Source: Prochloraceae cyanobacterium
GTDB taxonomy: Bacteria; Cyanobacteriota; Cyanobacteriia; Cyanobacteriales; JASJDA01
Direction: 5' to 3'
Length of the DNA: 64,000 nt
Assembly (NCBI GenBank): GCA_030065265.1
Contig: JASJCW010000006.1
Location: forward strand, 1,820-65,819
Shown here piece by piece: positions 24,507 through 34,307 of this stretch; positions within the stretch are counted from its first letter, which is position 1, and each line of letters opens with the position of its first letter. Both the position numbers and the translations under genes were made by a program. A model generated the notes under the pieces. The model made no database searches. It was given only the letters and a program-made list of their open reading frames with translations, and had not been told where the DNA came from.

Positions 24507-25981
24507 AGCTTACTAGCATCGATATAAAAACTGAAATACATTCTAAAGCCTACCTTCGGGGGATAATCAGGATCTCTCTCGTCAAAAGGTAGCTGAGCAT
24601 CTTCTAAAAAATCCGTATCTTGTACAGTATTGGCTGAGTTGGAAGCCCTGCGATCGTAAATTGGATCTAGCTCTTCGTCAATATCTGTTATGGGTTTTAA
24701 GGTTATTGGGATAGATTTAAATTCTGTAGGTTCTAAATCGCCAGGTTCCCCAATTACTCTAAGTATCTTGAGCGTTCCCTGAAAAGCTTTTTTCTCTATA
24801 AATATCGATTGATATATAGTCCCCAAAGTCTTTAAGCCATTTTCAGAATATAAAGGGTTTGGGATATTTCCGATCGACGAATTCTTTTTAAAGTTTAAAA
24901 TATTATCTTGGTTTCTCCCTACTTCCCCACTACGAGGGGAATCTACAACCTCACCAGCTACTAAAAAATAAGCTTCGTTCATCGACTTTAAAAACCCTTT
25001 AAAACTTATATCCTTTCCACTTTGTAATCTCTCTAGATAGGTGTCGCTTGTAAAGGTTCCGTCATAAGCACTTATAGGGTTTTCATACAATAATTCTACT
25101 AAGGGTTTATTCCAATCCTTACTTTGATTTGGGTCTTGCTCGTCAGTAATTTTATCTGGATAATTAACTGTAATAGTTTGAAAGTTATCACTATCTCCCC
25201 ACTTAAAAATATATCTAGTTAAAGTATTGTAAGAAGTAATGTGTATGAAAGGATCGGGGTCTTGTTGAGTCGGATCCTGTTCAAAGAAAGTACTGGGCAA
25301 CCCTTGCTGTAACCTAGTATAAAAAATATTAACTCTAATCTCTTCAGAAGTAGTTGCTAAAAGTACATTGCTACTAAAAGTATTATCTATTACACCAAGA
25401 TCTACAATAAATGTCAATGCTTCTGACTGAGCTATAGTGAGCAATTCAGTAGTTTTATTAGTGACAGAATTGTATAGATAATAGGTAGCATTGCCCAGCA
25501 CGTTCCCAAATTGCGTAACTGTTCCGACATTACAAAAAGGACGCGGATCGGCATCCCCATTGATAGCATTAGGAAGAGTTCGCCAAGTAGGTTGAGTGAT
25601 GCAAACGCGACTGCCTTGGATGCCTGGGGCTTCCCCAGCAACACTTTGTCTGTCATTCCCGAGAATGCCGTCGATCGCCTCTTCAGTGTTTTTAAGAACT
25701 ACAAATAATAAAGCGTATCTCGGTTTTGGAGGAGAAATGGGATTAATTCTACTTTTAAAAAACTGCGTCGTCTCTTCTTGTATGACTTGCGATCGTTCTC
25801 CCAGTGCGTAATATTTGCCGCTATTATCCTTAAATACAATTACCTCAGTAGAGGTAATATCCGTGAGAGCCTCGCACTTAAAAGTACCTATATCTGTTTG
25901 TACGCTTACCGTCTCTCCTTGGTCGGCAAAGTTTTGAGCAGTTCCCGCGATCGGGTTTTGTAGCTTGCTAAAATCAAACAT
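24503..25981 (-). CDS. hypothetical structural protein (492 aa), last gene of the minus-strand tail-tip operon
   Basis: Long ORF with a 1-nt overlap to the upstream gene. Function inferred from context only. Confidence 0.6.
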   Translation of the reverse strand: MFDFSKLQNPIAGTAQNFADQGETVSVQTDIGTFKCEALTDITSTEVIVFKDNSGKYYALGERSQVIQEETTQFFKSRINPISPPKPRYALLFVVLKNTEEAIDGILGNDRQSVAGEAPGIQGSRVCITQPTWRTLPNAINGDADPRPFCNVGTVTQFGNVLGNATYYLYNSVTNKTTELLTIAQSEALTFIVDLGVIDNTFSSNVLLATTSEEIRVNIFYTRLQQGLPSTFFEQDPTQQDPDPFIHITSYNTLTRYIFKWGDSDNFQTITVNYPDKITDEQDPNQSKDWNKPLVELLYENPISAYDGTFTSDTYLERLQSGKDISFKGFLKSMNEAYFLVAGEVVDSPRSGEVGRNQDNILNFKKNSSIGNIPNPLYSENGLKTLGTIYQSIFIEKKAFQGTLKILRVIGEPGDLEPTEFKSIPITLKPITDIDEELDPIYDRRASNSANTVQDTDFLEDAQLPFDERDPDYPPKVGFRMYFSFYIDASKL

Positions 25982-26169
25982 TAGAAAAATTGCCCGATCG
26001 TGCTGTCTTCCACTGAAGCATTAGAAATGGCTATTTCTAATTTTTTCCCTGCTTTCTCAATTTTAATAACTGAACCTTCAATCTCAGCATCTTGCTTGTA
26101 GACTTCTATATTTGTCTCAAGCTTTTTTATGGCTTTCCTTATGCGTTCGATTGCTTCTGAATTTTCCAT
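25981..26169 (-). CDS. hypothetical small protein (62 aa)
   Basis: ORF from the track, within the operon. Confidence 0.45.
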   Translation of the reverse strand: MENSEAIERIRKAIKKLETNIEVYKQDAEIEGSVIKIEKAGKKLEIAISNASVEDSTIGQFF

Positions 26170-26260
26170 TTCTTTCTATTTATAGGTTTATATTTGTAAG
26201 TCTTAGCGCTCCCATCTTTTGTTACTTCTATTAGTTCTAGCTCCAATTTTTCTATATTAT

Positions 26261-26623
26261 TCATGCTACCAAAGTTTTTCTATATACAAAAAAATCTATT
26301 ACTCTTATTTCAGCTTGATTCAATGGTTTAGGGAATATACAAATATTATCTTTAAAATCTAGCTCTTTACCGCCCCTGACTCCTATTGCTTCTGTTTTAG
26401 AGCGATCGAGAGTTTCTCTCATTGTATTCCAGTCTTCTATTAAATGTTTTAATCCTGCTGGATTCATTCCTATATAATCTGCTACTTCTTCAATGGGACG
26501 CTGAAAGGATAGCATCACAAAAGCAAAACAAAGCTTACTTGCTTTTGTATCATTTAACTCATTTAAATGACCTTGTAAAGCTGCAAAATATTTAAATGGT
26601 AAGTTGTGTAAATAATACATCAT
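26261..26623 (-). CDS. hypothetical protein (120 aa)
   Basis: ORF from the track. 4-nt overlap with the upstream gene. Confidence 0.5.
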   Translation of the reverse strand: MMYYLHNLPFKYFAALQGHLNELNDTKASKLCFAFVMLSFQRPIEEVADYIGMNPAGLKHLIEDWNTMRETLDRSKTEAIGVRGGKELDFKDNICIFPKPLNQAEIRVIDFFVYRKTLVA

Positions 26624-27237
26624 TGTGGAGGGATTGCCATATTTAAATAAATTGGGATAGCTTCTCTAGCACTTCTCCCAGCAGTTTCTAAGATTTGGTC
26701 TAGCCAAATTTCGCTAGACGAACTAACTATACTGATAATTTCTCTAGAGCCAACATCAATATAACTCGATACTGCTGTTTGATTGACTTCAAAAAAAACT
26801 GTTATTTCAGATTCTAAGTTTTCTAATATTCCAAGAGGTATTAAGTTTCTATAGATTAAATTATATCTCCTCCTTTTAATCTCTTCATATTTTTCTTGTT
26901 CCGTGGGATAAAATTTAACTGTGGTCACTCCTGGCTCTAACTCTCCGTCATCATAAGTCCAGCAACTTTTCGTTTCTCTTTTTTCTACTAAACCTCGGAT
27001 ATCCCTGGTAAAAACATGATCTATCCTTAGTAATAAATTTTCATAACCATTAGTTTCTTGATTGTAAGATTCATAGTATTCGCTTTGTGTCCTTTCGCCA
27101 AAAAGTATTGTAGTCTTTTTAACTGGTCTGATGGTTAAATCTCGCTTTAAACTTAGCCCTCTAGGTCTTTCTAAAATCTTCTCTGGCAAGATTGAATAAT
27201 TTACAAAATCATATACTCTAAAAACTCTATCTTCCAT
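26620..27237 (-). CDS. hypothetical protein (205 aa)
   Basis: ORF from the track. Its start overlaps the upstream stop (TAATG). Confidence 0.55.
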   Translation of the reverse strand: MEDRVFRVYDFVNYSILPEKILERPRGLSLKRDLTIRPVKKTTILFGERTQSEYYESYNQETNGYENLLLRIDHVFTRDIRGLVEKRETKSCWTYDDGELEPGVTTVKFYPTEQEKYEEIKRRRYNLIYRNLIPLGILENLESEITVFFEVNQTAVSSYIDVGSREIISIVSSSSEIWLDQILETAGRSAREAIPIYLNMAIPPQ

Positions 27238-28208
27238 TAGAACACCCTCAATGCTGTTATGTAATTATTCCAACTGTAATCAGGTAAGATTATTGGGAAT
27301 AATTCTTCTCCATTCAGTTTAAATCGATTGTCAATATCCCCTGATAATATCAGATTACTTTCATTATTCCAGTTAGTATCATCTATGGAATCTAGTTTAT
27401 ATAAATACCAAGTAGAGCCTACTACAACGTCATCAGTAAACTTAACTTTTAACCACCCATCACTATCTAATTGTCTGTTATAATCTTGCCTGTTTCTATC
27501 CCCATACAATCCTTTAAATAAGTGATTATTCTCAAAATATAAGACTACCTCAGCTTGATAGAATTGACTGCTATTATTTAATTTTCTAGGATTCTTGCCC
27601 ACTCCTATCATGAACTTTTTATTATAATTATTAAAGATTATTTCAATACTTTTTCTGTCTCCTCTAGTAAATTTGAATTTTTCAAAAGCTGCTGAACTTT
27701 TCCAAGGTTTAGCATTTTTAAACCACATTCCAGGGCGACCGCTAGCAACATCATTAGTAATTGAAATAACATCTTTGCTTAAGACTAAATCGCTACCAAC
27801 AATAAAGCTTTCATTGCTACCTTTCCTCAAGTCGATCCAGGGCGCGCTTTGAATTACGATCGCTTCACTTAAAACAGTTTCTTGTCCGTTGTTTAAGATG
27901 AGGTCGAAAATTCCATTATTAGATTGAGAAGTGGCATTGATAAGAACTTTATTATCGTTAATAAAAGTAAGATTATGTATGTCTAGCCCTTCGCAAGATA
28001 AAGTCATCTGTGAAGTAAAGAAGCTTCCTTCTATTTCTACAATTAGATTTTGATTTGACTGGAAAAAAGCTTGAGTTAGAGAAGGAATATTAGGGTAGGT
28101 TACGATAGCAGATACAATGGGGGCTGGGACTGGTATCTGCGTAACGTCCTCAATTATATCTGTTATTTCACTTACTGATGAGGATATGTTTATAGGCATA
28201 ATAATCAA
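27237..28208 (-). CDS. hypothetical structural protein (323 aa)
   Basis: ORF from the track. Beta-rich composition. Assigned by context (tail-tip operon). Confidence 0.6.
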   Translation of the reverse strand: MIIMPINISSSVSEITDIIEDVTQIPVPAPIVSAIVTYPNIPSLTQAFFQSNQNLIVEIEGSFFTSQMTLSCEGLDIHNLTFINDNKVLINATSQSNNGIFDLILNNGQETVLSEAIVIQSAPWIDLRKGSNESFIVGSDLVLSKDVISITNDVASGRPGMWFKNAKPWKSSAAFEKFKFTRGDRKSIEIIFNNYNKKFMIGVGKNPRKLNNSSQFYQAEVVLYFENNHLFKGLYGDRNRQDYNRQLDSDGWLKVKFTDDVVVGSTWYLYKLDSIDDTNWNNESNLILSGDIDNRFKLNGEELFPIILPDYSWNNYITALRVF

Positions 28209-28338
28209 GTAAACCTAAAAGCAACAATAAAGTTATCAGGGCTGATATCGGAACTAGGAAGTACAACTGGGAATGGGGATTATCTCTGAAAAAAAAGGGG
28301 CGGGAAGTCCAGTTGCAGGTATAGAAATAGCCATATTA

Positions 28339-30693
28339 TTAATTTTTTGAAACGACAACTAAACGATCGCTTAAGTCCTTAGCGTCTTGAGAATCGTCAG
28401 GGATTTTATATTTCTTAATATCTACTGGAACATTTAACAATCTTCCCATTTTTACTTTAAAGTCAGTGTAATACATTCTCAAAATCCCTTCAACTGGTAA
28501 GATTATTTGAGTTTCAGAAATTTCTAGAATTACCCATACTTTGCCATCCCAGCTAACCAGATCGCCTTCGTTGAATTCAATTCGTCTGAGTATAGAGAGT
28601 TCTACCACTTCAGCACTTTTAGTATTTTCAATCGATATTTTAGTTTGTGCTGCGATTCTAGCTGTTTCAGCATTATCAACGCCAGGAAAAGACTCGCTAT
28701 TTTGCTGTACTGGTAAGCTTTGCAAGCTGCTGAGATTGCTAAAATTGCTCAAACTAAAATCCTTTACAGTCCCAGGATTAATAGTGGCTGAAGTTGGTAA
28801 AAAAGAAGCTGTGGGAGTTTCTAAGTAATATTTCATATCCCCTGACTCTTCTAGGTCGTCAGGAGGGGTTAAGCCACTGGATACAGTTACTATTCCTACT
28901 ATCCCTGGCGGGTATTTAAGGCGAGTGTGGATAGGCGGTCTACCTTTCTTTGTAATAGATTTACCCGCAGCAGTAGAATACTTGCCTCGCTCTCCTGATG
29001 CTGCTTGCTGATACTCGATCGTCTTGTAACGTTCTGGTTTTTTTAATTGTCTGTTCCTAGGATCTGGAGCAACAATAACTGTTCTATTGTAAGAGGTCAA
29101 GCTTTCTCTGGTGGTTACTTCTGGCTTGCGATCGTCATCGGTGCTGCTTGGATCTGGTTTTGAGATGACAGAGAGATTTTTCCTGGATACGAGACTGGTA
29201 AATTTTGGCTCTACAAAATCAGTTTCCCCCACGTCAGGGATCCTGGTATCTTGATAAAATTCTCTAAAATTGCTGAGAGTGTAGTTAGTGTCGTCTTGTA
29301 TGGGGAAATCCACATTGTAATCATACAAGCTTTGCTCGGCTACTAAAGAAGCGATCGTCTCGTCAGCGAGATCGGGATCTGCTGTCGGATCGTCTTGCAG
29401 TTGTCTTATTTGCTTATCTAAATCGATTGTTTCTAAAGTATTAGATTCTTGTCTGACTCTTCCTTTTTTCGTCCCAGTTTTGAGAGTTCTAATCAAATAC
29501 CCGTCGCTGTCAAATATATGCGTAGTGGTAGTGTCTTCTACTTTTTGCCAGAACCCCAAAGCACTACTAGTAACGCCGTCTTTAAATCGAGTCCCTACTA
29601 CTTCCCCGTCTTCAATAATCACTTCATAGGTATCTTTACTATTAAATACCCATCCGTAAACTCGCTCTATTCTCTCAGTTTCAATCCCATTGCGTTCTGT
29701 TATTCTGCGATACTTTTTAACTACGCCGCCATTATCAAAAGTGCTGGAAGGATCCCTTAAAGCTGCTGTAGTAGCTTCAAAATCTCCATCAGTAGGAGGT
29801 GTTTGAATATCTTCTAAAGTATCCTCAGCAGTGGTATTTTCAAACTCTTCTCTAATAATTTCATCTAAACTCGCGCCGTTCCCTTCCGATCGGTATTTGT
29901 CTATATTGCCTCTATCCAGATTAAATATAGTATTCCTGTACTCTTTAACTAAGCATACAGTTCCGTCAGTTATGGGAGTTCCTTTACCTGGTGTTGAGAG
30001 AGAATATTTCTCGCTCACTATTTCAGCTTCAGCCAGAGTGTGAATAGTAGTTTTCCCCCACTGCTTTGTAAGTATGAAATCGGGATCCGAATAGTAAACA
30101 AAATGATTGTATATATAAGCTCTCCCCTCTAGCTCTTGCCTAAATTCCACGATCTCTCCTGTTGAAGTCTCTTTAGGTATATCTATTTTTATATCGACAC
30201 CGCGATAGCTGACATTAGACTTATTAGCTAATACGTTTATACTTACTTCTGTGGCTGATTGCCCTAAGTCTCCGAGTTTGATCGGAGTATCAGCAAGGGA
30301 TCTCGAAGGCTGAGATCTGGATGCATGAATGCCAGTTAAACTTAGAATGATTTCTATTAAGTTGCCTGGGTTACTGAGTAGAGAATATCTCTCTATTTGA
30401 ATATTACTGACAAAAAATTTCATTCCCCACAAAAAGATTTCAGCATCTTTAAAAGTATTTCTGATTTCTACTTCCCGATCTCTTGAAGCTGTAAACTGAA
30501 AAGATGCTGTAGGATGTCCCTGAAAAGTTCTAGTTATCCTAACAGTGCCATATACATTATTTGCTTTGAGTATTTGCGGATATGGTGGAGGGATATAAAA
30601 TACTATTATTGGCTGTTTATTTCGTTCTGAATCTATTGAAATCCCGCTATTTAAAGCAATCTTTGGTACATAAGTTATAGTCGCTGAAAGCAT
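28339..30693 (-). CDS. large tail-tip or baseplate-type structural protein (784 aa), function inferred from context
   Basis: Long uninterrupted ORF and first gene of the minus-strand operon. Its ATG abuts the ATG of 30694..33174 (CATATG). Confidence 0.65.
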   Translation of the reverse strand: MLSATITYVPKIALNSGISIDSERNKQPIIVFYIPPPYPQILKANNVYGTVRITRTFQGHPTASFQFTASRDREVEIRNTFKDAEIFLWGMKFFVSNIQIERYSLLSNPGNLIEIILSLTGIHASRSQPSRSLADTPIKLGDLGQSATEVSINVLANKSNVSYRGVDIKIDIPKETSTGEIVEFRQELEGRAYIYNHFVYYSDPDFILTKQWGKTTIHTLAEAEIVSEKYSLSTPGKGTPITDGTVCLVKEYRNTIFNLDRGNIDKYRSEGNGASLDEIIREEFENTTAEDTLEDIQTPPTDGDFEATTAALRDPSSTFDNGGVVKKYRRITERNGIETERIERVYGWVFNSKDTYEVIIEDGEVVGTRFKDGVTSSALGFWQKVEDTTTTHIFDSDGYLIRTLKTGTKKGRVRQESNTLETIDLDKQIRQLQDDPTADPDLADETIASLVAEQSLYDYNVDFPIQDDTNYTLSNFREFYQDTRIPDVGETDFVEPKFTSLVSRKNLSVISKPDPSSTDDDRKPEVTTRESLTSYNRTVIVAPDPRNRQLKKPERYKTIEYQQAASGERGKYSTAAGKSITKKGRPPIHTRLKYPPGIVGIVTVSSGLTPPDDLEESGDMKYYLETPTASFLPTSATINPGTVKDFSLSNFSNLSSLQSLPVQQNSESFPGVDNAETARIAAQTKISIENTKSAEVVELSILRRIEFNEGDLVSWDGKVWVILEISETQIILPVEGILRMYYTDFKVKMGRLLNVPVDIKKYKIPDDSQDAKDLSDRLVVVSKN

Positions 30694-33174
30694 ATGCCGA
30701 GCCAGTATTTATCTTTAAGAGAATCTTATTCAGATGTCGATTTTTCCCTTTCTACCTTAGCTGGTGGAAATACTACCAGTAGTATTTCTTTAAATTTCTA
30801 CATTTTGGGAAAAAATAGAGCAGGGTTTAACAGAGTCAGTAATCCTATTCCTTTTATCGTCAACGCTGGAAATAAGCTAACAGTAACTCTAAGTGTTGGC
30901 TTGAGAAATACTGGCGAAGATTTACATCAATTGGTTTTAGCTGCTGAGGATACAGGTAATTCCGTTGACGCTGTGATTTTAGCTGTATGGAATGCCAAAG
31001 AAGCAGATCAAGTGACCGATCGCTCTCTCCCAGCAACGATCGAGCTAACAGACGACGAACACTTTTTACTCAATGCTGCTGTAAATAATACGGCTGAATT
31101 CCCTAACTTCCCCATAAATGGCATGGTGAGGGAAGTTATTGAGGATAGCACTCTCTATCAATATAATGACGAGTTATCGGAATGGAATCCGATCGCTACT
31201 AACTCAGCTTACGTGAGCAGTACAACCGATCTAGGAGGCTGCGATCGTTCGCTCTCTTTAGTTGAGGATCCTTTAATCCCTCCAGATACATCAGCTAACC
31301 AATTTAGCACTCCTATTAAAATCGCTTTTTTCAATGGCTACCTAGAAGATAGCGGAGTGGCATTACAAGCAGGGGAACAATTCGGGCTATTATTTTTCGT
31401 CAATGGACAGCAGACAATTAACGGCATAGAATACGCTAATTTATTAGCGGGCTTTGTCAGAATTACTTTATTAGGCTACGTAAGACGAGCCACGGGAGAA
31501 CTCGATACTAACATTAATGGTTCTGGCACTCCTTTGACTTGGTTTCCAAATAAAGGATTAATCGAGCTACCTGCTGACTTGCCGCGAGGATACGGAGCAG
31601 CATGGGAAATCAGTTTAAACCTAGATAGCGATCGCCTCGCTGGGTTAGTTCCTTCTGGCAGTATCGTCAGCTTCAATCTTTACAATCAAGGTTTAATAGG
31701 TTCTCCTACTGATATCGGGCGAGTAACTGGAGACGTGGTATTTAATGAAGGCGATCGCCTTAGAATCGTCCCCAATAAAAGACTGGGTGGAGTTGGTGTA
31801 GTTGGGGGAAGTTCCCAGGCATATTATTTAACTCCCACGCTACAAGAAGCTAATTTATTTGGCTTATTACTTGATTCAGCCGATCAGCAAATAGCTATAT
31901 CTGGATTATTGGGAGGTCGGGTATCTGTTCGAGCTTCTGGCACTACTTTACAACCTACTGAAGCACTAAGAGCTGTCGTATCCACAGAACCAGGAATAAG
32001 TAAAGCCAGTGACTTTACTCCAGGGGTAACTTTAACAGCTAATCAGAGATTGAGGGTAGATATAACTCTACCAGTAGACGGAGAATTACAAGGAACTGTC
32101 AGAAATGACTATCCTGATGTAATTGCAGGAACGCCTAATGTTGTTTTTAACGTACCTTCTCTAATCCCTTACATCAGCTTCAATGGTTCAATTTACCAAA
32201 TGCCGCCAGTGACGATCGCTGCTGCTGCTAGCATAAGTTTCACTATAAATTCTCTTTCCAGTGGCACTATAATTTCTAACACTTCCACGCCTACAAACGA
32301 TTTTGGGTTATTTGGTTACAGTACGATATCTGCTGCGGCTGAAGAAAGCGGATCTTTAGCTGCGGGAGACTACCAAGTTGCGATCGCTTGGTTTTATCCT
32401 TCCCCCAACTTTGCCTTAACTAAAATATCTCACTCAACGCAGTTAGGATGTATCCCAGAATTTAATCAAACACTAGCTGAACTTTTACAAACTGCGCGAT
32501 CGTTCGCTATAGATGCTAATAGTACTGCTGAACTTGAATCTATAACTGCTGAAGTTCTGGCAACAAATCCCGTGGTAATTCTCAATCGCTCCGAAACTGA
32601 AAAGGAATTATATGCTTATTTCCCTAACTTTAGTGGCACGATCGACGGAGAAAGCGCGATCGCTCTCAGTAATGGGAGCGGTGCTATGGTTAGAATCAGC
32701 AGTGCTAGCACTACTCCCACAGAACCAACTACAGCTTTTAATCCAGATACTATCTTAGTAGGACCGTCAGGGGAAATATTAGTATCGCCCGAAGGATTCG
32801 TCTTAACTTCAGAACTCCCCTCCACGCCACCAACTACGAGCGTTTTAATCGATACCGTGCCACTTACTAACTTGCTATTTAGCGAAAGCGGTCAATTATT
32901 GTTCTCTCTTGACGGGTCCATACTATTAGAATCTGAAAACTCAATTACTCAAACAGACGAAACTAGCTCCGCGATCGTCGAACTAAATCAATTATTAATA
33001 TCCCCTTCTGGTGACTTGCTCTTATCTCCTCAAGGCATTCCCTTAGTATCCAGTGAAGTTAGCAGCAGCGATCCTTTAGTTCTGAGGAAATCAGACTTAG
33101 ACAGAATCTTGATTTCACCTAGCGGCGATTTCCTTTTAACCAATGATGGAGAGTTTTTGTTGACTAATGAGTGA
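30694..33174 (+). CDS. tail-fibre-like protein (826 aa) with four C-terminal ~22-aa repeats
   Basis: S/T/G/N-rich and beta-rich sequence. Repeats: ILVGPSGEILVSPEGFVLTSE, LLFSESGQLLFSLDGSILLESE, LLISPSGDLLLSPQGIPLVSSE, ILISPSGDFLLTNDGEFLLTNE. Confidence 0.6.
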   Translation: MPSQYLSLRESYSDVDFSLSTLAGGNTTSSISLNFYILGKNRAGFNRVSNPIPFIVNAGNKLTVTLSVGLRNTGEDLHQLVLAAEDTGNSVDAVILAVWNAKEADQVTDRSLPATIELTDDEHFLLNAAVNNTAEFPNFPINGMVREVIEDSTLYQYNDELSEWNPIATNSAYVSSTTDLGGCDRSLSLVEDPLIPPDTSANQFSTPIKIAFFNGYLEDSGVALQAGEQFGLLFFVNGQQTINGIEYANLLAGFVRITLLGYVRRATGELDTNINGSGTPLTWFPNKGLIELPADLPRGYGAAWEISLNLDSDRLAGLVPSGSIVSFNLYNQGLIGSPTDIGRVTGDVVFNEGDRLRIVPNKRLGGVGVVGGSSQAYYLTPTLQEANLFGLLLDSADQQIAISGLLGGRVSVRASGTTLQPTEALRAVVSTEPGISKASDFTPGVTLTANQRLRVDITLPVDGELQGTVRNDYPDVIAGTPNVVFNVPSLIPYISFNGSIYQMPPVTIAAAASISFTINSLSSGTIISNTSTPTNDFGLFGYSTISAAAEESGSLAAGDYQVAIAWFYPSPNFALTKISHSTQLGCIPEFNQTLAELLQTARSFAIDANSTAELESITAEVLATNPVVILNRSETEKELYAYFPNFSGTIDGESAIALSNGSGAMVRISSASTTPTEPTTAFNPDTILVGPSGEILVSPEGFVLTSELPSTPPTTSVLIDTVPLTNLLFSESGQLLFSLDGSILLESENSITQTDETSSAIVELNQLLISPSGDLLLSPQGIPLVSSEVSSSDPLVLRKSDLDRILISPSGDFLLTNDGEFLLTNE

Positions 33175-33199
33175 ATCGGTGTTCCGAGGAACACCGATT
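33174..33199. repeat. Dispersed 26-bp palindrome, copy 5 of 8 (aatcggtgttccgaggaacaccgatt)
   Basis: Starts on the last base of the fibre gene's TGA. The convergent gene 33202..33531 ends 3 nt after it. Confidence 0.9.
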
Positions 33200-33201
33200 T
33201 A

Positions 33202-33531
33202 TTAGATAAGCAATCTGAGGATTATTTTTGCGCGGTTGAAATCTAATTTATATTCCCCTGGTTGCAAGTTATCAGGGGATCTGCTAGGTTGATAAACTTT
33301 TCCAGCAATTTTAATATTCAATACACTACTGGCATCGCTAGGTAAGTCTAACTCTATCTCGTCACTGGTAATAGTTCCCAGAAGTGTTGAAGTTTTCAGT
33401 ATTGGCAGTGCTGAATTAAACAGATTGAACTTACCTAAACTCGCTCCGTCTCTCACGTTTTCTGATACTGCTATAACTGCTGACGATAAATGAGAATATT
33501 TCCCTAACTCGTCAGAAATAAATCTTAACAT
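33202..33531 (-). CDS. hypothetical protein (109 aa; trimmed)
   Basis: Track ORF 33202..33660 would overlap the tail-tube start. The internal ATG at 33531 (MLRFISDELGK...) removes the overlap. Confidence 0.4.
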   Translation of the reverse strand: MLRFISDELGKYSHLSSAVIAVSENVRDGASLGKFNLFNSALPILKTSTLLGTITSDEIELDLPSDASSVLNIKIAGKVYQPSRSPDNLQPGEYKLDFNRAKIILRLLI

Positions 33532-33598
33532 TATATTTGTTCGGTCAATCTTGTATATGCCATAAATTAGATTGTAGACGAGGTGCAACTTAAATACT

Positions 33599-34306
33599 AT
33601 GGGCAGATTTATTAATGGAACTACTGTCGATATTTCTATAGCTCCTTTGGTGCTTTGCAAGCGATACGTTCCGACAGATCAGACAATCGCTGTAGCTGCT
33701 GCTACTGCTAACGATCCGACAATTACAGCTACCGCGCCACTAACAGCAGATTTGGCTAAATTTTCCACTTTAACTGTGGACATATCAGGAGTTACGAGAT
33801 ATATCTACGTTGATGCTGACGTGTTGGCAGGGGGTACGAACATCCCAGTCAAAGGAATGAATTTTGACTTACCTGCAGGGAATGTCGAGTTTATAGCCAA
33901 ACAACCGATCGCCAATACCACAGAAGCTAGTTTCGAGCTAACAGCGAATGCTCAAGAATTTTACTTTTTGAACAATCAAGCCAGTAGCTTTAAAGACGAA
34001 ACAACTGTTACTGGGGAATGGTCTGTACCCATTACTACCAACTTGCAGTTAGAGACTCCAGCACAGAATATATTAGGCAATGCTTCAGTAGACTTAATCT
34101 TGAACGATCGCGAGTGTTATATGTGGTTAGAATATATCACTTCAGCTTGCGTTAGTAGTTTGGGATTCACTGGCAAGACTACTAGAGAAGGGGTAATTTG
34201 TGTAATGGAGTATTCGGAATCAGCACCAGGGGATAATATTGTAACCATCTCAGCTACACTATCGGGACGCGGCGCTGTAACCACTAGCAATTTCTACGAC
34301 AATTAA
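33599..34306 (+). CDS. putative major tail (tube) protein
   Basis: 235 aa, immediately upstream of the G/GT chaperone pair and the tape measure (conserved siphovirus gene order). Beta-rich and T/A-rich. Confidence 0.6.
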   Translation: MGRFINGTTVDISIAPLVLCKRYVPTDQTIAVAAATANDPTITATAPLTADLAKFSTLTVDISGVTRYIYVDADVLAGGTNIPVKGMNFDLPAGNVEFIAKQPIANTTEASFELTANAQEFYFLNNQASSFKDETTVTGEWSVPITTNLQLETPAQNILGNASVDLILNDRECYMWLEYITSACVSSLGFTGKTTREGVICVMEYSESAPGDNIVTISATLSGRGAVTTSNFYDN

Positions 34307-34307
34307 T

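Noticed and set aside
26140-26265. Possible 41-aa minus-strand ORF (MNNIEKLELELIEVTKDGSAKTYKYKPINRKKWKIQKQSNA) bridging 26261..26623 and 25981..26169.
   Set aside because: It overlaps the start of the annotated 62-aa ORF in another frame and there is no supporting motif. It is too weak to report as a feature.
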